Shown here in pieces: positions 1 through 10,225 of a DNA stretch of 64,000 bases; positions within the stretch are counted from its first letter, which is position 1, and the number at the start of each line of letters is the position of its first letter. This stretch comes from an uncultured Candidatus Rokubacteria bacterium (GTDB taxonomy: Bacteria > Methylomirabilota > Methylomirabilia > Rokubacteriales > DASRDR01). The DNA is taken from NCBI GenBank assembly GCA_963708025.1, contig CAVPSB010000016.1, forward strand, positions 192,001-256,000. Reading direction: 5' to 3'. The position numbers were made by a program, and so were the translations under genes. The notes under the pieces were generated by a model. The model saw nothing but the letters and a program-made list of their open reading frames with translations. It made no database searches and was not told the DNA's origin.

Positions 1-2129
1 CGGAGCTCCTCGGCGAGGACGGCGCCGTCGTCCAGGAGGCGCTCCTGGCCCGGCTCGGGCTTCGCGTGGGCGACCCGCTGCAGATCGGAACCGGTCGGTT
101 CCGGATCACGGGGGTGCTGACGAGGGAGCCGGACCGGGCGGCGACGCTCTTCACCCTGGGCCCCCGTGTCCTCATCGGGTCCCCCGCGCTCGAGCGGACC
201 GGGCTCATCCAGCTCGGCAGCCGCGTGCGCTACCGGACCCTGCTGCGGCTCCCGGCGGCCCTCGACGCCCGCGCGGTGCGCGTGGCGCTCATCCGGGCGC
301 TCCCCGACCCGGCGATCCGGATCACCACGTTCGACGAGGCGCAGCCCGGGCTCCGCCGCTTCTTCTCCCAGCTCACGACCTACCTCGGGCTGGTCGGCCT
401 CGTGAGCCTGCTCGTCGGCGGCATCGGTGTCGCGGCCAGCGTCCGGAGCTTCGTCGAGCGGAAGCGCTTCACGATCGCCATCCTGAAGACCCTCGGGGCC
501 GACTCGCGCCGGCTCACCCTGACCTATCTGACCCAGGCGCTCGCGCTCGGCGGCCTGGGCAGCCTCGCCGGTGCCGCGGTCGGGCTCGGCGTGCAGACGC
601 TGCTGGTCCCGATGCTGGCCGGCTTCTTCCCCTTCGAGCTGTCGCTCGGCGTCGAGCCGTGGGCGACCGCCCGGGGCCTGGCCATGGGCCTCGGCGCGAC
701 GGGCCTCTGCGTGCTGTGGCCGCTGCGCCGGATCCGCGCGATCCCGCCGAACCTGATCCTCCGCGCCCCCGTCGATCCCACGCCCGTCCGGGGGCCCCGG
801 CCGTGGCTCGCCGCGCTCCCCATCGCCGCCGGCCTGGTGGGCCTCGCGGTCTGGCAGGCGGGCAGCCCGAAGGTCGCCGCGATCTTCGTGGTGGCCGCCG
901 TGGCGGCGCTCGGGCTGCTGGCCGGCCTCGCCCGTGGCGTGATGGTGCTCGCCCGCCGGCTGCCCCGGCTCCCGTCCCTGGCCTGGCGCCACGGGCTCGC
1001 GAGCCTCCATCGCCCCGGCGGGCAGACCGCCGGGATCGTCGTCTCGCTCGGCGTCGGCGTGATGCTCGTCGTCGCCGTGGCCCTCCTCGAGCGGGCCCTG
1101 AGCGCCCAGATCGACGTGGAGCGGCGGCGCGAGACGCCCACCTTCTTCTTCGTGGACATCCAGCCGGATCAGGCCGACGTCTTCGCCCGGATCGTCCGCG
1201 AGGCCACCGGCGGCGGGCCGGCTCCGGAGCTGACGCCGATCGTCCGCTCCCGCCTGGCCGCGATCAACGGCCAGCCCGTCCGGCGCGAGCGGTCCGAGGG
1301 GCGCGAGGACGCCTGGCGCTACACGCGCGAGTACGTGCTGACCTTCGCCGCCGAGCCGCCCCCGGCCAACGTGGTCACGAAGGGCCGCTGGTGGACGGCG
1401 GCCGAGGCCGCCGCGCGGCCCCGGGTCTCCGTGGAAGACGAGGCGGCCCGGAGCTTCGGCGTCAACGTCGGCGGGACGCTGACCTTCGACATCCAGGGCG
1501 TCCGCGTCGAGGCGGAGGTGATGAGCCTCCGCAAGGTCGACTGGCAGAGCCTCTCGACCAATTTCTTCGTGATCTTCTCGCCCGGCGCCCTCGATGGGGC
1601 ACCGCTGACCTACGTCGCGACCGCCCGGGTGCCACCCGCGGCCGAGACCGCCGTGCAGGACGCCGTCGTCCGCGCCCTCCCCAACGTCACCGCGATCCCC
1701 GTGCGGGACGTGCTGGAGCGCATCGGGCGCGTGATGGAACAGGTCGGGGTCGCGGTCCGAGCCGTCGCCGCGTTCGTGATCGGGGCCGGCCTGGTCGTGA
1801 TGGCGAGCGCGCTGGCCACCAGCCGCTACCAGCGGCTCTACGAGTCGGCGCTCTTGCGGACGCTCGGCGCCACCCGCGTCCTCGTCGCCCGCACCTTCGC
1901 GGTGGAGTACGCCTGCCTCGGCGCCGTCGCCGGCCTCGGGGGCAGCGCGCTGGCGGTGCTCTTGGCGTGGATCGTGCTCCGGTGGGTGCTCGACGTGCCG
2001 TGGACCTTCGAGCCGGGCCCCCTCGCCCTCGGCGTCACGCTGCCGGTGCTGCTCGCCCTCGCCGTCGGCTTCCTGGGCACCTTCCGCCTGCTCGGCCAGC
2101 GGCCGCTCCCGCTCCTCCGGCGGGAGTAG
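1..2129 (+). CDS. ABC transporter permease, FtsX-like/YbbP family (5' end outside window)
   Basis: Motifs LVGLVSLLVGGIGVA, AILKTLGA, PTFFFVDIQPDQ and LLRTLGA; two multi-TM blocks. Confidence 0.9.
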   Translation, partial: ELLGEDGAVVQEALLARLGLRVGDPLQIGTGRFRITGVLTREPDRAATLFTLGPRVLIGSPALERTGLIQLGSRVRYRTLLRLPAALDARAVRVALIRALPDPAIRITTFDEAQPGLRRFFSQLTTYLGLVGLVSLLVGGIGVAASVRSFVERKRFTIAILKTLGADSRRLTLTYLTQALALGGLGSLAGAAVGLGVQTLLVPMLAGFFPFELSLGVEPWATARGLAMGLGATGLCVLWPLRRIRAIPPNLILRAPVDPTPVRGPRPWLAALPIAAGLVGLAVWQAGSPKVAAIFVVAAVAALGLLAGLARGVMVLARRLPRLPSLAWRHGLASLHRPGGQTAGIVVSLGVGVMLVVAVALLERALSAQIDVERRRETPTFFFVDIQPDQADVFARIVREATGGGPAPELTPIVRSRLAAINGQPVRRERSEGREDAWRYTREYVLTFAAEPPPANVVTKGRWWTAAEAAARPRVSVEDEAARSFGVNVGGTLTFDIQGVRVEAEVMSLRKVDWQSLSTNFFVIFSPGALDGAPLTYVATARVPPAAETAVQDAVVRALPNVTAIPVRDVLERIGRVMEQVGVAVRAVAAFVIGAGLVVMASALATSRYQRLYESALLRTLGATRVLVARTFAVEYACLGAVAGLGGSALAVLLAWIVLRWVLDVPWTFEPGPLALGVTLPVLLALAVGFLGTFRLLGQRPLPLLRRE

Positions 2130-2232
2130 CCGCCTTCGACCGCGCCGCGTCCAGGTTCCTGGCCGAGGTGATACCCGCGCGATCGCTGGATCGGCGGCGC
2201 CGGTCGGCGCGCGTCGGTCGGCCCGCCCGCGA

Positions 2233-2260
2233 TTGACAACCCGCCTGCCGTTGCTAGAGT
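2233..2260 (+). promoter_or_regulatory. sigma70-type promoter
   Basis: TTGACA-16 nt-TAGAGT with extended TG, upstream of the lipoprotein gene. Confidence 0.55.
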
Positions 2261-2311
2261 GAGGCCGATCGCCGGTCGGTTCCCGGCCGGGCGCCGCGGA
2301 GGGAGGCCAGC

Positions 2312-3023
2312 GATGCGCTCCTCTTCCCCCATCGTCACCGCGGCGCTTCCTCGTCCACGCCGCCCCGTCACCGGCCCGGCAGCAGGAACCGGCCGGACCC
2401 CGTCCCCGGCGAGCCGGGGTCTCGCCGCCCTCCTCGTGCTGACCCTCGCGGTCGGGCTCGCCGGCTGCGCGACGAAGACCCAGACCGGCGCGCTGGTCGG
2501 CGGTGCCGCGGGCGCCGGGGTGGGGGCCCTCGTCGGGGCGCTCATCGGGGGCCCCCGCGGAGCCGCCATCGGGGCCGGAGCCGGGGCACTCGTCGGGGCC
2601 GGGGCCGGCGCGCTCGTCGGGCGGTACCTCGACCGGCGGGTCGGGGACCGCGCCACGGCGGCGCGTCAGGTCGGGTACGTTCCCATGAGCGGCAACCTGG
2701 TCGAGGTCCAGAAGTCGGAAGTCGAGCCGCTCCCCGCCAGGCCCGGTCAGAGCGTCGTGCTCCGGGTGGAGTACAGCGTCCTCGCCCCGAACCCGGACCA
2801 GCGCGTGGACCTGAAGGAGTGGCGGGCGATCCGGAAGTCCGGGGAGACGGTCATGGGGCCGGTCGAGCGTGACGCGCGGCGAGAGCAGGGCGTCTTCACG
2901 TCGGCCTACCAGTTCCAGGTCCCGAGCAACATGGCGCCGGGGGAGTACACGGTGCTCACGGTTCTCGAGACCGGCGACGGCCAGAAGCGAGCGGCGAGCG
3001 AGGCCCGACTGGTCGTGCAGTGA
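2312..3023 (+). CDS. Glycine-zipper lipoprotein (start uncertain)
   Basis: Lipobox LAGC followed by GALVGGAAGAGVGALVG glycine-zipper repeats. Confidence 0.75.
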
Positions 3024-3053
3024 GGCCGCTCGGCGCCGCGCGGCGCCCGGGAC

Positions 3054-3461
3054 CTACGGAGCCGGCTGGCTCTCCACGCGTTCGCTCCACCGGAAGACGA
3101 CGGGCCGCTCGGTCCGCTCGATCCGCGCCACGGCGGTCGGGTAGCTGAGCACCTGGGTGACCGGGGAGCCCGGCCGCGGGCTGCTGAGCGTCACCGTGGC
3201 GACGATGCCGTCGTTCGTGAGGGCCACCTCCGTGAAGCGGAGGCGATATCCTCCGCTCCTGCGCTCGCCCGCGGACGCCACCAGGTAGGTCGAGGCGCCG
3301 TCGTGCACGACGCCCGTCGCCGCGCCCGAACGGTTGGCCCGGAGCCAGTCCACGACGGCGGGCGGCCGCTCCTCGACGGACGGCTCGCTGAAGGCGATCG
3401 GGGTCGATGCGGTGGCCACGAGAATCACGGCCGCGCCCAGGCGGCCCGCCGCCGTCAGCAC
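3054..3461 (-). CDS. PrcB C-terminal domain protein
   Basis: YLVASAGERRSGGYRLRFTEV...VTQVLSYP matches the PrcB_C pattern; N-terminal signal-like segment. Confidence 0.7.
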   Translation of the reverse strand: MLTAAGRLGAAVILVATASTPIAFSEPSVEERPPAVVDWLRANRSGAATGVVHDGASTYLVASAGERRSGGYRLRFTEVALTNDGIVATVTLSSPRPGSPVTQVLSYPTAVARIERTERPVVFRWSERVESQPAP

Positions 3462-3519
3462 GACACCCGGGTCGGCATCGACGCTTCGTCACCAGGCCGT
3501 CGCCTCGAGCGAGGCATCG

Positions 3520-4498
3520 TCAGCTTCGGGTCGGGCCGGCGGCGAGGTCCGCCGCTCGCGGCGCCTCGAGGTTGACCACCGGGTAGCCGCGGTCGCGCCA
3601 GCCCTGGAAGCCGCCGGCCAGCGGGCGGACGCGCTCGATGCCCCGCCGTCGCAAGATCAGCGCCACCCGGGCGCTGGAGGCCTCGTTGGGTCAGGTGCAG
3701 TAGAGCACGATCTCCCGGTCGCGCGGGATCTCGGAGGTGACGCGCCTCCAGCTCCTCCGTCGTCAGGTGGAGCGCGCCGGGAATGATCGACGGCTCGCTC
3801 TCGAAGTCCACCGGGTGGCGGACGTCGACGACGACCAGGTCCTCGCCGGCATCGAGCCGGGTCTTCAGGTCCTCCGGCGTGATCCGCGCGATGCGGATCC
3901 GGCGCAGGAAGCGCTGGCGCGCGACGTACTTCCAGGCGATGTAGCCGACGAGGGCCGCCGCCAGCAACGCCACCAGCCCGGTGCCCAGGCGCGAAACGTA
4001 GGCCGCGACCCGCTCGAGCTGATCGCTGAACACGTAGCCGAGCCCGACGAAGACCCCGACCCAGATCAGCCCGCCGAGGCAGGTGAACGCCACGAAGCGC
4101 AGGCAGGGCATCCGGACGATCCCCGCCAGCGGGGGCGCGGCGGTGCTCAGGCCCGGCACGAACTTGGCCACCAGGAGCGTGCGCGCCCCCTGCCCGCTGA
4201 AGGCCTCCTGCGTCCGCCGCACGCAGGAGTCGGGCTCGAGCGAGATCCGGCACAGCAGGCTCAAGACGCTGGCGCCCCGGATGCGGCCGATCCAGTACCA
4301 GACCACGTCGCTGGCCACCGAGGCGACCAGGGCCAGCGCCACGACCAGCCCCAGGCTCAGCCGGCCGCTGCCGGCCAGGGCGCCGGCCGCGAGCAGGACC
4401 GGCACCGCGGGGATCGGGAGCCCGAGCTGCTCAGCCAGGACCCAGCCGAAGACGACCGCGTAGCCGTGGCGGACCAGGAAGTCGAGGGAGTCACCCAT
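3520..4498 (-). CDS. DedA/VTT-rhodanese fusion, candidate selenoprotein (1-bp frameshift near 3733; in-frame TGA at 3691-3693)
   Basis: DedA motifs EQLGLPIPA and AKFVPG; corrected frame reads EIPRDREIVLYCT-UGA-PNEASSARVALILRRRGIERVRPLAGGFQGW. Confidence 0.85.
3658..3676 (-). promoter_or_regulatory. Candidate bacterial SECIS hairpin
   Basis: On the mRNA, CAGCGCC-CGGGU-GGCGCUG (7-bp stem) begins 14 nt after the UGA. Confidence 0.6.
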
Positions 4499-4506
4499 CG
4501 CCTCTT

Positions 4507-4588
4507 TTCGGGACCTCCCGCCCACCCGATCCTTCGACGGCCTTCGGCCTTTGGCCCCCCTCCCCCACCCACCGGGGGGAGGGGGGAG
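4507..4588. repeat. GC-rich REP-like palindromic repeat, copy 1
   Basis: Exact 21-bp TTCGGGACCTCCCGCCCACCC shared (inverted) with 26082-26102; exact 20-bp GACGGCCTTCGGCCTTTGGC shared with 29562-29581. Confidence 0.75.
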
Positions 4589-4701
4589 TCGGACGCCCCC
4601 GATTGCTTCACAAAGTCGCTCAGTCATTCGATGCGCCCCCGGCGTCAACCGGTGCGCCGCTCGCCATCCGGCGAGTCTCGCCCCCCCGGTCGGAGCGGAG
4701 T

Positions 4702-5250
4702 ATGATGAGCGGCGTGATCGCCGTCCACGTCGTCGCCACGGGCGCCCCGGACTACTTCACCCGTCGCGAAGCCCATCGCCAGGCCCACATCGAGCGACTC
4801 GTCGAGCTGCGCGGGCGCGGCGCCCTCGTCGGCGGGGGCCCGGCGCCCGACGGTCGAACCGCCGAGATCTTCTACCGCCTGAGGCGCCCGGCCGAGCTGG
4901 CGCCCGTGGTCGAGGAGGACCCCTACTACCGGGGCGGGGTGTGGACCGCATACGCCTCGCGGAGCTTCTCCCAGTTCGTCGAGCCGTGGGAGGTGCCGCC
5001 GGTCGTCCTCGACGGCTCGCGGCGCGCCACCGTCGTCGAGGGCCCGACCACGGACCCCGACATGGCCCAGCTCGCGCTGGTCGAGCTGCGGGGCGGCGGT
5101 CGCCTGCTCTTCGGCGGCCTCCTCGACGGTCCGCTGACGCTCGCGGTCATGCGCTCGGCCGATGCGGCCGAGGCGACGGGCTGGCTGGCCGAGACCGGCT
5201 TCTGGGCGTCCGACCGCCTGGCGGCCCGACCCTGGCTCTACGTGCTCTGA
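4702..5250 (+). CDS. YciI-like tandem-domain protein
   Basis: RREAHRQAH...LVGGGP...EDPYYRGGVW is YciI-like; degenerate second half. Confidence 0.65.
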   Translation: MMSGVIAVHVVATGAPDYFTRREAHRQAHIERLVELRGRGALVGGGPAPDGRTAEIFYRLRRPAELAPVVEEDPYYRGGVWTAYASRSFSQFVEPWEVPPVVLDGSRRATVVEGPTTDPDMAQLALVELRGGGRLLFGGLLDGPLTLAVMRSADAAEATGWLAETGFWASDRLAARPWLYVL

Positions 5251-5260
5251 GCCGGAGCGC

Positions 5261-6187
5261 ATGACTCCGATCGAGCGGGTGCGGGCGGCGCTCCAGGGCC
5301 GGCCCGTGGACCGCCCGCCGTTCAGCATCTGGTACCACTTCGGCCTCCAGCACGCCCCGGCCGAGCGGGTGGCCCAGGCCCACCTCGAGTTCTTCGACGC
5401 CTACCACCTCGACTGGCTGAAGGTGATGAACGACTACTCCTACCCGATGCCGGACGGGCTGGAGACGCTGAGCGATCCGCGCGACCTCGCGCGGCTCCGG
5501 CCGCTCGAGGTCACCCGCGGCTCGATCGGCGAGCAGCTCCGGGTGGTGCAGATCCTGACCCCGGCCCTCCGGGGTCGGGGACTCTTCGTCAACACCGTCT
5601 TCAACGCCTGGAACACGCTCAAGCGCAACGTCGTGAAGGACGCGATGGAGCCGCTGATGCGCGACCACCCCCGGGAGCTGGAGGCCGCCCTCGGCGTGGT
5701 CAACGACACCCTGACCCGCTACGCGCTGGCGAGCCTCGAGCGCGGCGCGGCCGGCATCTTCCTCTCGGCGCCGGCCACCGCGGAGTCGCTGACCCCGGAG
5801 CAGTACGAGCGCTTCATGCGGCCGTTCGACCTGGCCCTGCTGGAGGCGATCCGCGACCGCGGCGAGTGCCACGTCCTGCACGCCCACGGGTCGCAGCTCT
5901 ACTTCGACCGGCTGCTCGACTATCCGGTTCACGCCATCTCCTGGGCCGACCGGGCCGGCGGGCCCACGCTCGCCGAGGCGCGCCGGCGAACCTCGCGCGT
6001 GCTGGTGGGCGGCATCGACCACACGACCTTCCCGTACGTGTCGGCCGCCGCCATCCGGGCCCAGGTGGGGAGCGCCGCCGCCGAGGCCGGACGCGACCGG
6101 CTCCTGCTCGCCCCGGGCTGCGCCGTTCCCACCTACAGCTTCCCCGAGCTGATCCGCGCCGCTCGCGACGCCGCGACCCGGGCGTAG
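5261..6187 (+). CDS. Uroporphyrinogen decarboxylase family protein
   Basis: ERVRAALQGRPVDRPPFSIWYHF, LHAHG, LLLAPGCAVP. Confidence 0.85.
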   Translation: MTPIERVRAALQGRPVDRPPFSIWYHFGLQHAPAERVAQAHLEFFDAYHLDWLKVMNDYSYPMPDGLETLSDPRDLARLRPLEVTRGSIGEQLRVVQILTPALRGRGLFVNTVFNAWNTLKRNVVKDAMEPLMRDHPRELEAALGVVNDTLTRYALASLERGAAGIFLSAPATAESLTPEQYERFMRPFDLALLEAIRDRGECHVLHAHGSQLYFDRLLDYPVHAISWADRAGGPTLAEARRRTSRVLVGGIDHTTFPYVSAAAIRAQVGSAAAEAGRDRLLLAPGCAVPTYSFPELIRAARDAATRA

Positions 6188-6210
6188 CCCCCGGATTCCC
6201 GGGCCCCACC

Positions 6211-7104
6211 GTGGCCGAGCTGGCCGGGCCGACGTTCGGCGCCACGTGCGCGCTCCTGTCGGCGTTGATCTGGACCCTCATCGGGGTCATGGCCCGCGCG
6301 CTCGGTCCGTACTTCAACGCGCTGTCGATCAACATGCTGCGCTCGGCGATCGGCGGCCTCCTGCTCACCCTGGTCGCGCTGGCAGGAGGCGGGCTCGGGT
6401 CGCTGCGGGACGTCTCGGCCCCGGCGTGGATCTACCTGGGGATCTCGCTCCTGACCGCCTTCGCGATCGGGGACACCGCCTTCTTCGAGAGCACGAAGAG
6501 CCTCGGCCTCGCCCGGGCGATGACCATCTCGATGATCAATCCGCTGATCGCGAGCGGGCTGGCCATCTGGCTGACCGGCGAGCGGATCACGCCCACGGTG
6601 GCGGCGGGGGCCGTCGTCACGCTGGCGGGGCTCGCCCTCATCGTGAGCGAGCGCGCCCCGGCCACGCCCGAGGCCGAGGACCGGCCCGGACGCGGGCTCG
6701 GCCTCGCGCTCCTCGCCGCCACCGCCTGGGGCGTGAGCCCGGTGCTGATGAAGCCGGCGATCATGGACGTCGATCCGGTGAGCGTGCAGGCGGTCCGCCT
6801 GCCCTTCGCGGCGCTGGTCCTCTGGGTCACGCCATGGGCCCGGGGAGCCGGCGGCCGCGTCCGCCGTCATCTCCGGACGGCCGGCCCCCTCCTGCTGGCG
6901 ATCGGTGTGTTCACGGCCCTGAGCGCCGTCACCTGGGTCGCGGGGCTGAAGTATGCCGGCATCACGGTCACCAGCGTCCTCTCGTCCACCTCCCCGCTCT
7001 TCGCCATCCCGATCGGCCTCGTCGTCTTCGGCGAGCGGGTCAGCCGGCGCGCCGTGGCGGGGACGGTGCTCTGCCTCGGCGGCATCGTCCTTCTGAGTCT
7101 CTGA
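6211..7104 (+). CDS. EamA/DMT family transporter
   Basis: About 10 TM helices in two repeats ending in GER. Confidence 0.85.
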   Translation: MAELAGPTFGATCALLSALIWTLIGVMARALGPYFNALSINMLRSAIGGLLLTLVALAGGGLGSLRDVSAPAWIYLGISLLTAFAIGDTAFFESTKSLGLARAMTISMINPLIASGLAIWLTGERITPTVAAGAVVTLAGLALIVSERAPATPEAEDRPGRGLGLALLAATAWGVSPVLMKPAIMDVDPVSVQAVRLPFAALVLWVTPWARGAGGRVRRHLRTAGPLLLAIGVFTALSAVTWVAGLKYAGITVTSVLSSTSPLFAIPIGLVVFGERVSRRAVAGTVLCLGGIVLLSL

Positions 7105-7120
7105 GATCGTCGAGCCAGCC

Positions 7121-7621
7121 TCACGGGTCCCGGCGGAAGGCGACGGCCTGGCAGGACGCGACCAGCGTGCCGCGGTCGTCCGTCACGGTCATCGCGTAGA
7201 AGCCGGCGCGGCGACCCTGGCGCTCCGCGCGGGCCTCGCCCGTGAGCCGGGCGCCGGGCTCGGCGGCGGCGAGGAACTGGATGGTGACGCTGAGGGCCAC
7301 CGCCGCCTGTCCCTCGGCATTGCAGGCCCCGCTGAAGACGTAGTCGGCCAGCGAGAAGATGGCGCCCCCGTGGGGCAGACCGTGGAAGTTCACCATCTGC
7401 GGGGTGAGCCGCATGGCCGCCTTGCAGTGGCCGGGAGCCAGCTCCAGCAGCTCGATCCCGAGCCAGGCGGCGTATGGATCGTCGCGGATGCGCGCCTGGA
7501 TCGCCGCGGGGCCCGGCTCACCCGGGTCATCAGCGGCGCGGACGCGGTGAAGGGTCAACGCGATCGGTAGCGAGGGCCGCGCTCCAGGTAGCCGTCGAGG
7601 GCACGCGCGGTATTCTGGCAC
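7121..7621 (-). CDS. PaaI/PaaD-type hotdog thioesterase (start uncertain)
   Basis: NFHGLPHGGAIFSLAD motif. Confidence 0.85.
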   Translation of the reverse strand: MPEYRACPRRLPGARPSLPIALTLHRVRAADDPGEPGPAAIQARIRDDPYAAWLGIELLELAPGHCKAAMRLTPQMVNFHGLPHGGAIFSLADYVFSGACNAEGQAAVALSVTIQFLAAAEPGARLTGEARAERQGRRAGFYAMTVTDDRGTLVASCQAVAFRRDP

Positions 7622-7879
7622 ATCGGTAGAGGAAGCAGAAGCCCGCGATAGATCGCTGTCGGCGGGTTGCAGATCGCGGCAGAACGCGGCACGATCCGCA
7701 ACCCCGGCGCAACCGGCCGCCGGATGCGTAACCGCTCCCGGCCCTTCGGCCGTCGCCAGCGGAGAAGGAGAAGAGAGGCCCCCTGGCCCACGAAGTCCCG
7801 TCTCCGAGCCCTGCAGGCCCGTACACGGGCTGCTACGGCGCTCTCGGCGGGGTGACCTTGCCGGGGCGCCGCCCGGCCG

Positions 7880-8118
7880 CCCGTGACAGATCCCCTTAGC
7901 CTCGGACGCTCGACCGGATCGCGGAGGTCGGCAGCGTCACGGCGGACTGGCTGCTCCGGGGGGACCGGCCGGTGGCCATCACGCAGGCGCGGGATCCGGC
8001 CTGGGGCGAGGCGGTCGCCTGGCTCCGGCAGGCGTGGCGCGACCCCGGCCGCCGCGAGACCGTCGTCGGTGTGCTCAAGGCACTGGCGACGCCGTCTCGA
8101 TCCGCCGGGCCCCGCTGA
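7880..8118 (+). pseudogene. Degenerate XRE-family regulator remnant
   Basis: Reads TLDRIAEVGSVTADWLLRG...LRQAWRDPGRRETVVGVLKALA with a stop and a frameshift. Confidence 0.5.
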
Positions 8119-8528
8119 CGCGCGATCGGGCGGGCCCCTGGCACCCGCCGCGCACTCCACCCAGTCGTCCCGTTCTCATAGTTTCGTCAAGATGAAGGTC
8201 TGCACCCACGGTTCCCCATCCGGCGCGCCCTGGACTGGAGCACGGCCGGGGCCGCCGGGCCCCCTCTCCACCAGCCGGCCATCCGATTCGGTGCGACCCT
8301 CCCTGCTCACCACCCACGGACTGACAGCGCGGCTAACCTGCGAACTATTCGGCTAGGCCCATGTGCGGGTGGCCCGACGGTTGCGCCGTCTGGTGCGACG
8401 AGGCACTCTGACACTCGGTTAGGAGGGGCAGGGACCGTGGACCGGCGAACGCTCGGCGATGTCCTGTGGATCCCCGTTGGATGTGTTGTCCTCGGGCTGC
8501 TCATCAGCCTCTCGGGCGCCTCTCTGTA

Positions 8529-8732
8529 ATGCAGGCCCCCACACGGTCGCCTCTGCTCATTACGATGGCGGACGCCGCCGGGCGACTGGGCGTTCACCTC
8601 ACCACCCTCCGGGCGATGATTCGGCGCGGCGATGTCCCGGCCGTGCGCTTCGGTCGCAGCGTCCGCGTCTTCGTGCCGGCCCTTGCCACGGCGGCACCCC
8701 GGCGTCGCCACCGGAAGCGCCGCTCGGCCTGA
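8529..8732 (+). CDS. Excisionase-family (HTH_17-like) DNA-binding protein
   Basis: LITMADAAGRLGVHLTTLRAMIRRGDVPAVRFGRSVRV. Confidence 0.8.
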   Translation: MQAPTRSPLLITMADAAGRLGVHLTTLRAMIRRGDVPAVRFGRSVRVFVPALATAAPRRRHRKRRSA

Positions 8733-8875
8733 CGAACCGTCCAGTGGGCGGCCTGCGCGATGTCACGTGATTCTGACGGAGGCCGGATGCTCGATCCCCG
8801 GCCCCCCTTGACGGTCTCTCTCGTACCGGCGTAGGGTTTCCGCACCAACCGTCCGGATCGCTTTCGCTGACCGCG

Positions 8876-9205
8876 ATGAAGAAGCGCCGCGCCCTCGCCA
8901 CGCAGCCTGACGGGCTGGCCCACCGCATCGCCTCCGTGCGGCGCGGGCTCGGGCTGTCCCAAGGGGCCTTCGCCGAGGCGATGGGGGTCTCCCGGAACAC
9001 CGTAGTGACCTACGAACACGGCCAGACTCCGTGCACCGCGGTGCTCGACCGGATCGCGCGGGCGGAGGAGGCGCGGGGGCTGGGGCGGCCGGTGCGCCTG
9101 CGCGTGCTGAAGGTCAACCCGCGGGCGCGGGCATTCTACGAGCGCCTGGGGTTCCGCCGCACCGGGGAGACCGATACCCACGACCTGATGGAATGGGGCG
9201 CATGA
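8876..9205 (+). CDS. Chimeric XRE HTH plus GNAT C-terminal fragment
   Basis: RRGLGLSQGAFAEAMGVSRNTVVTYEHG (XRE) joined to LRVLKVNPRARAFYERLGF (GNAT motif B). Confidence 0.6.
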   Translation: MKKRRALATQPDGLAHRIASVRRGLGLSQGAFAEAMGVSRNTVVTYEHGQTPCTAVLDRIARAEEARGLGRPVRLRVLKVNPRARAFYERLGFRRTGETDTHDLMEWGA

Positions 9206-9220
9206 GAGGAGAAGCGGTCC

Positions 9221-10225
9221 ATGCCGGTCATGTCCGAAGGCGACTATAGCTACAACAAGCTGATCGCCGCGTTTCCCTCGCTGCCGGAGCCGGCCTTCGA
9301 GAGCGCCGAGATGCAGGAGCTCGTCTGGGGGCGCCGCTGGGGCTGCACCAGCGACGTCGGGCGGCTCCGGGCGGTGCTCGTGCACCGCCCCGGCGTCGAG
9401 ATCCAGGTCGTCGACCCGCGCCGGTACATCGAGGAGATCGGCGCCTTCGGCGACTTCGAGAAGGGGTGGTACTGGCGGGGCCCCGAGCCACCCGACCTCC
9501 CCCGGATGCAGGACCAGCACGATGCCCTCGTGAAGGTCCTCCGGGAGGAGGGAGTGGAGGTGATCCACCTCGAGCCTCCGGCGGAGGGCCGGACGAAGTC
9601 CTGTTCGCCGCGGGACGCGGTGATCGCGGTGGAGGGCGGCGCGATCGTCTGCCGGCTGGGCGCCCGCATCCGGCGGGGCGAGGAGCTCCCGGCGACGCGG
9701 ACGCTCGCCCGGGCCGGCATGCCGATCCTCCGGACCGTGCACGGCACGGGCATCCTTGAAGGCGGAAGCTTCGCGTGGCTGAACCGGCGCACGGCGGTCG
9801 TGGGGCTCGGGACCCGCGCCAACGCGGAGGGCGCCCGTCAGGTGGAGGAGGTGCTGCGGACACGGGGCGTCGAGCTGCTGCGGGTCCAGCTTCCCGGCTA
9901 CCGGCAGCACCTGGACGGCGTGTTCGTGATGGTCGACGTGGACGCCGCGCTCGTCAACCCGACGCTGGCGCCCTACGCGCTGCTCGAGAAGCTGGCGGAG
10001 CTGAGGATCCGCACCATCGATCTCCACCCGCAGGACCACCCGTTCACGATCAACTGCCTGGCGGTCCGGCCGAGCCGCGTGATCATGAGCGAGACCTCGC
10101 CGCACACCCTCGATCGCCTGGCGAAGGAGGGCATCGAGGTGCTGAGCCTCGACTTCGACGCCGTCTATCGCGGGGGCGGCGGCATCCACTGCTCTACCGC
10201 GCCATTGATCCGCGACCCGGTGTGA
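9221..10225 (+). CDS. Amidinotransferase / arginine deiminase / DDAH family protein
   Basis: PRDA, LEGG, HLDG, GGGGIHCST motifs. Confidence 0.9.
   Translation: MPVMSEGDYSYNKLIAAFPSLPEPAFESAEMQELVWGRRWGCTSDVGRLRAVLVHRPGVEIQVVDPRRYIEEIGAFGDFEKGWYWRGPEPPDLPRMQDQHDALVKVLREEGVEVIHLEPPAEGRTKSCSPRDAVIAVEGGAIVCRLGARIRRGEELPATRTLARAGMPILRTVHGTGILEGGSFAWLNRRTAVVGLGTRANAEGARQVEEVLRTRGVELLRVQLPGYRQHLDGVFVMVDVDAALVNPTLAPYALLEKLAELRIRTIDLHPQDHPFTINCLAVRPSRVIMSETSPHTLDRLAKEGIEVLSLDFDAVYRGGGGIHCSTAPLIRDPV

Noticed and set aside
2490-2620. Repetitive GGCGCCGGG tract as a repeat array or CRISPR
   Set aside because: It is coding sequence for the glycine zipper
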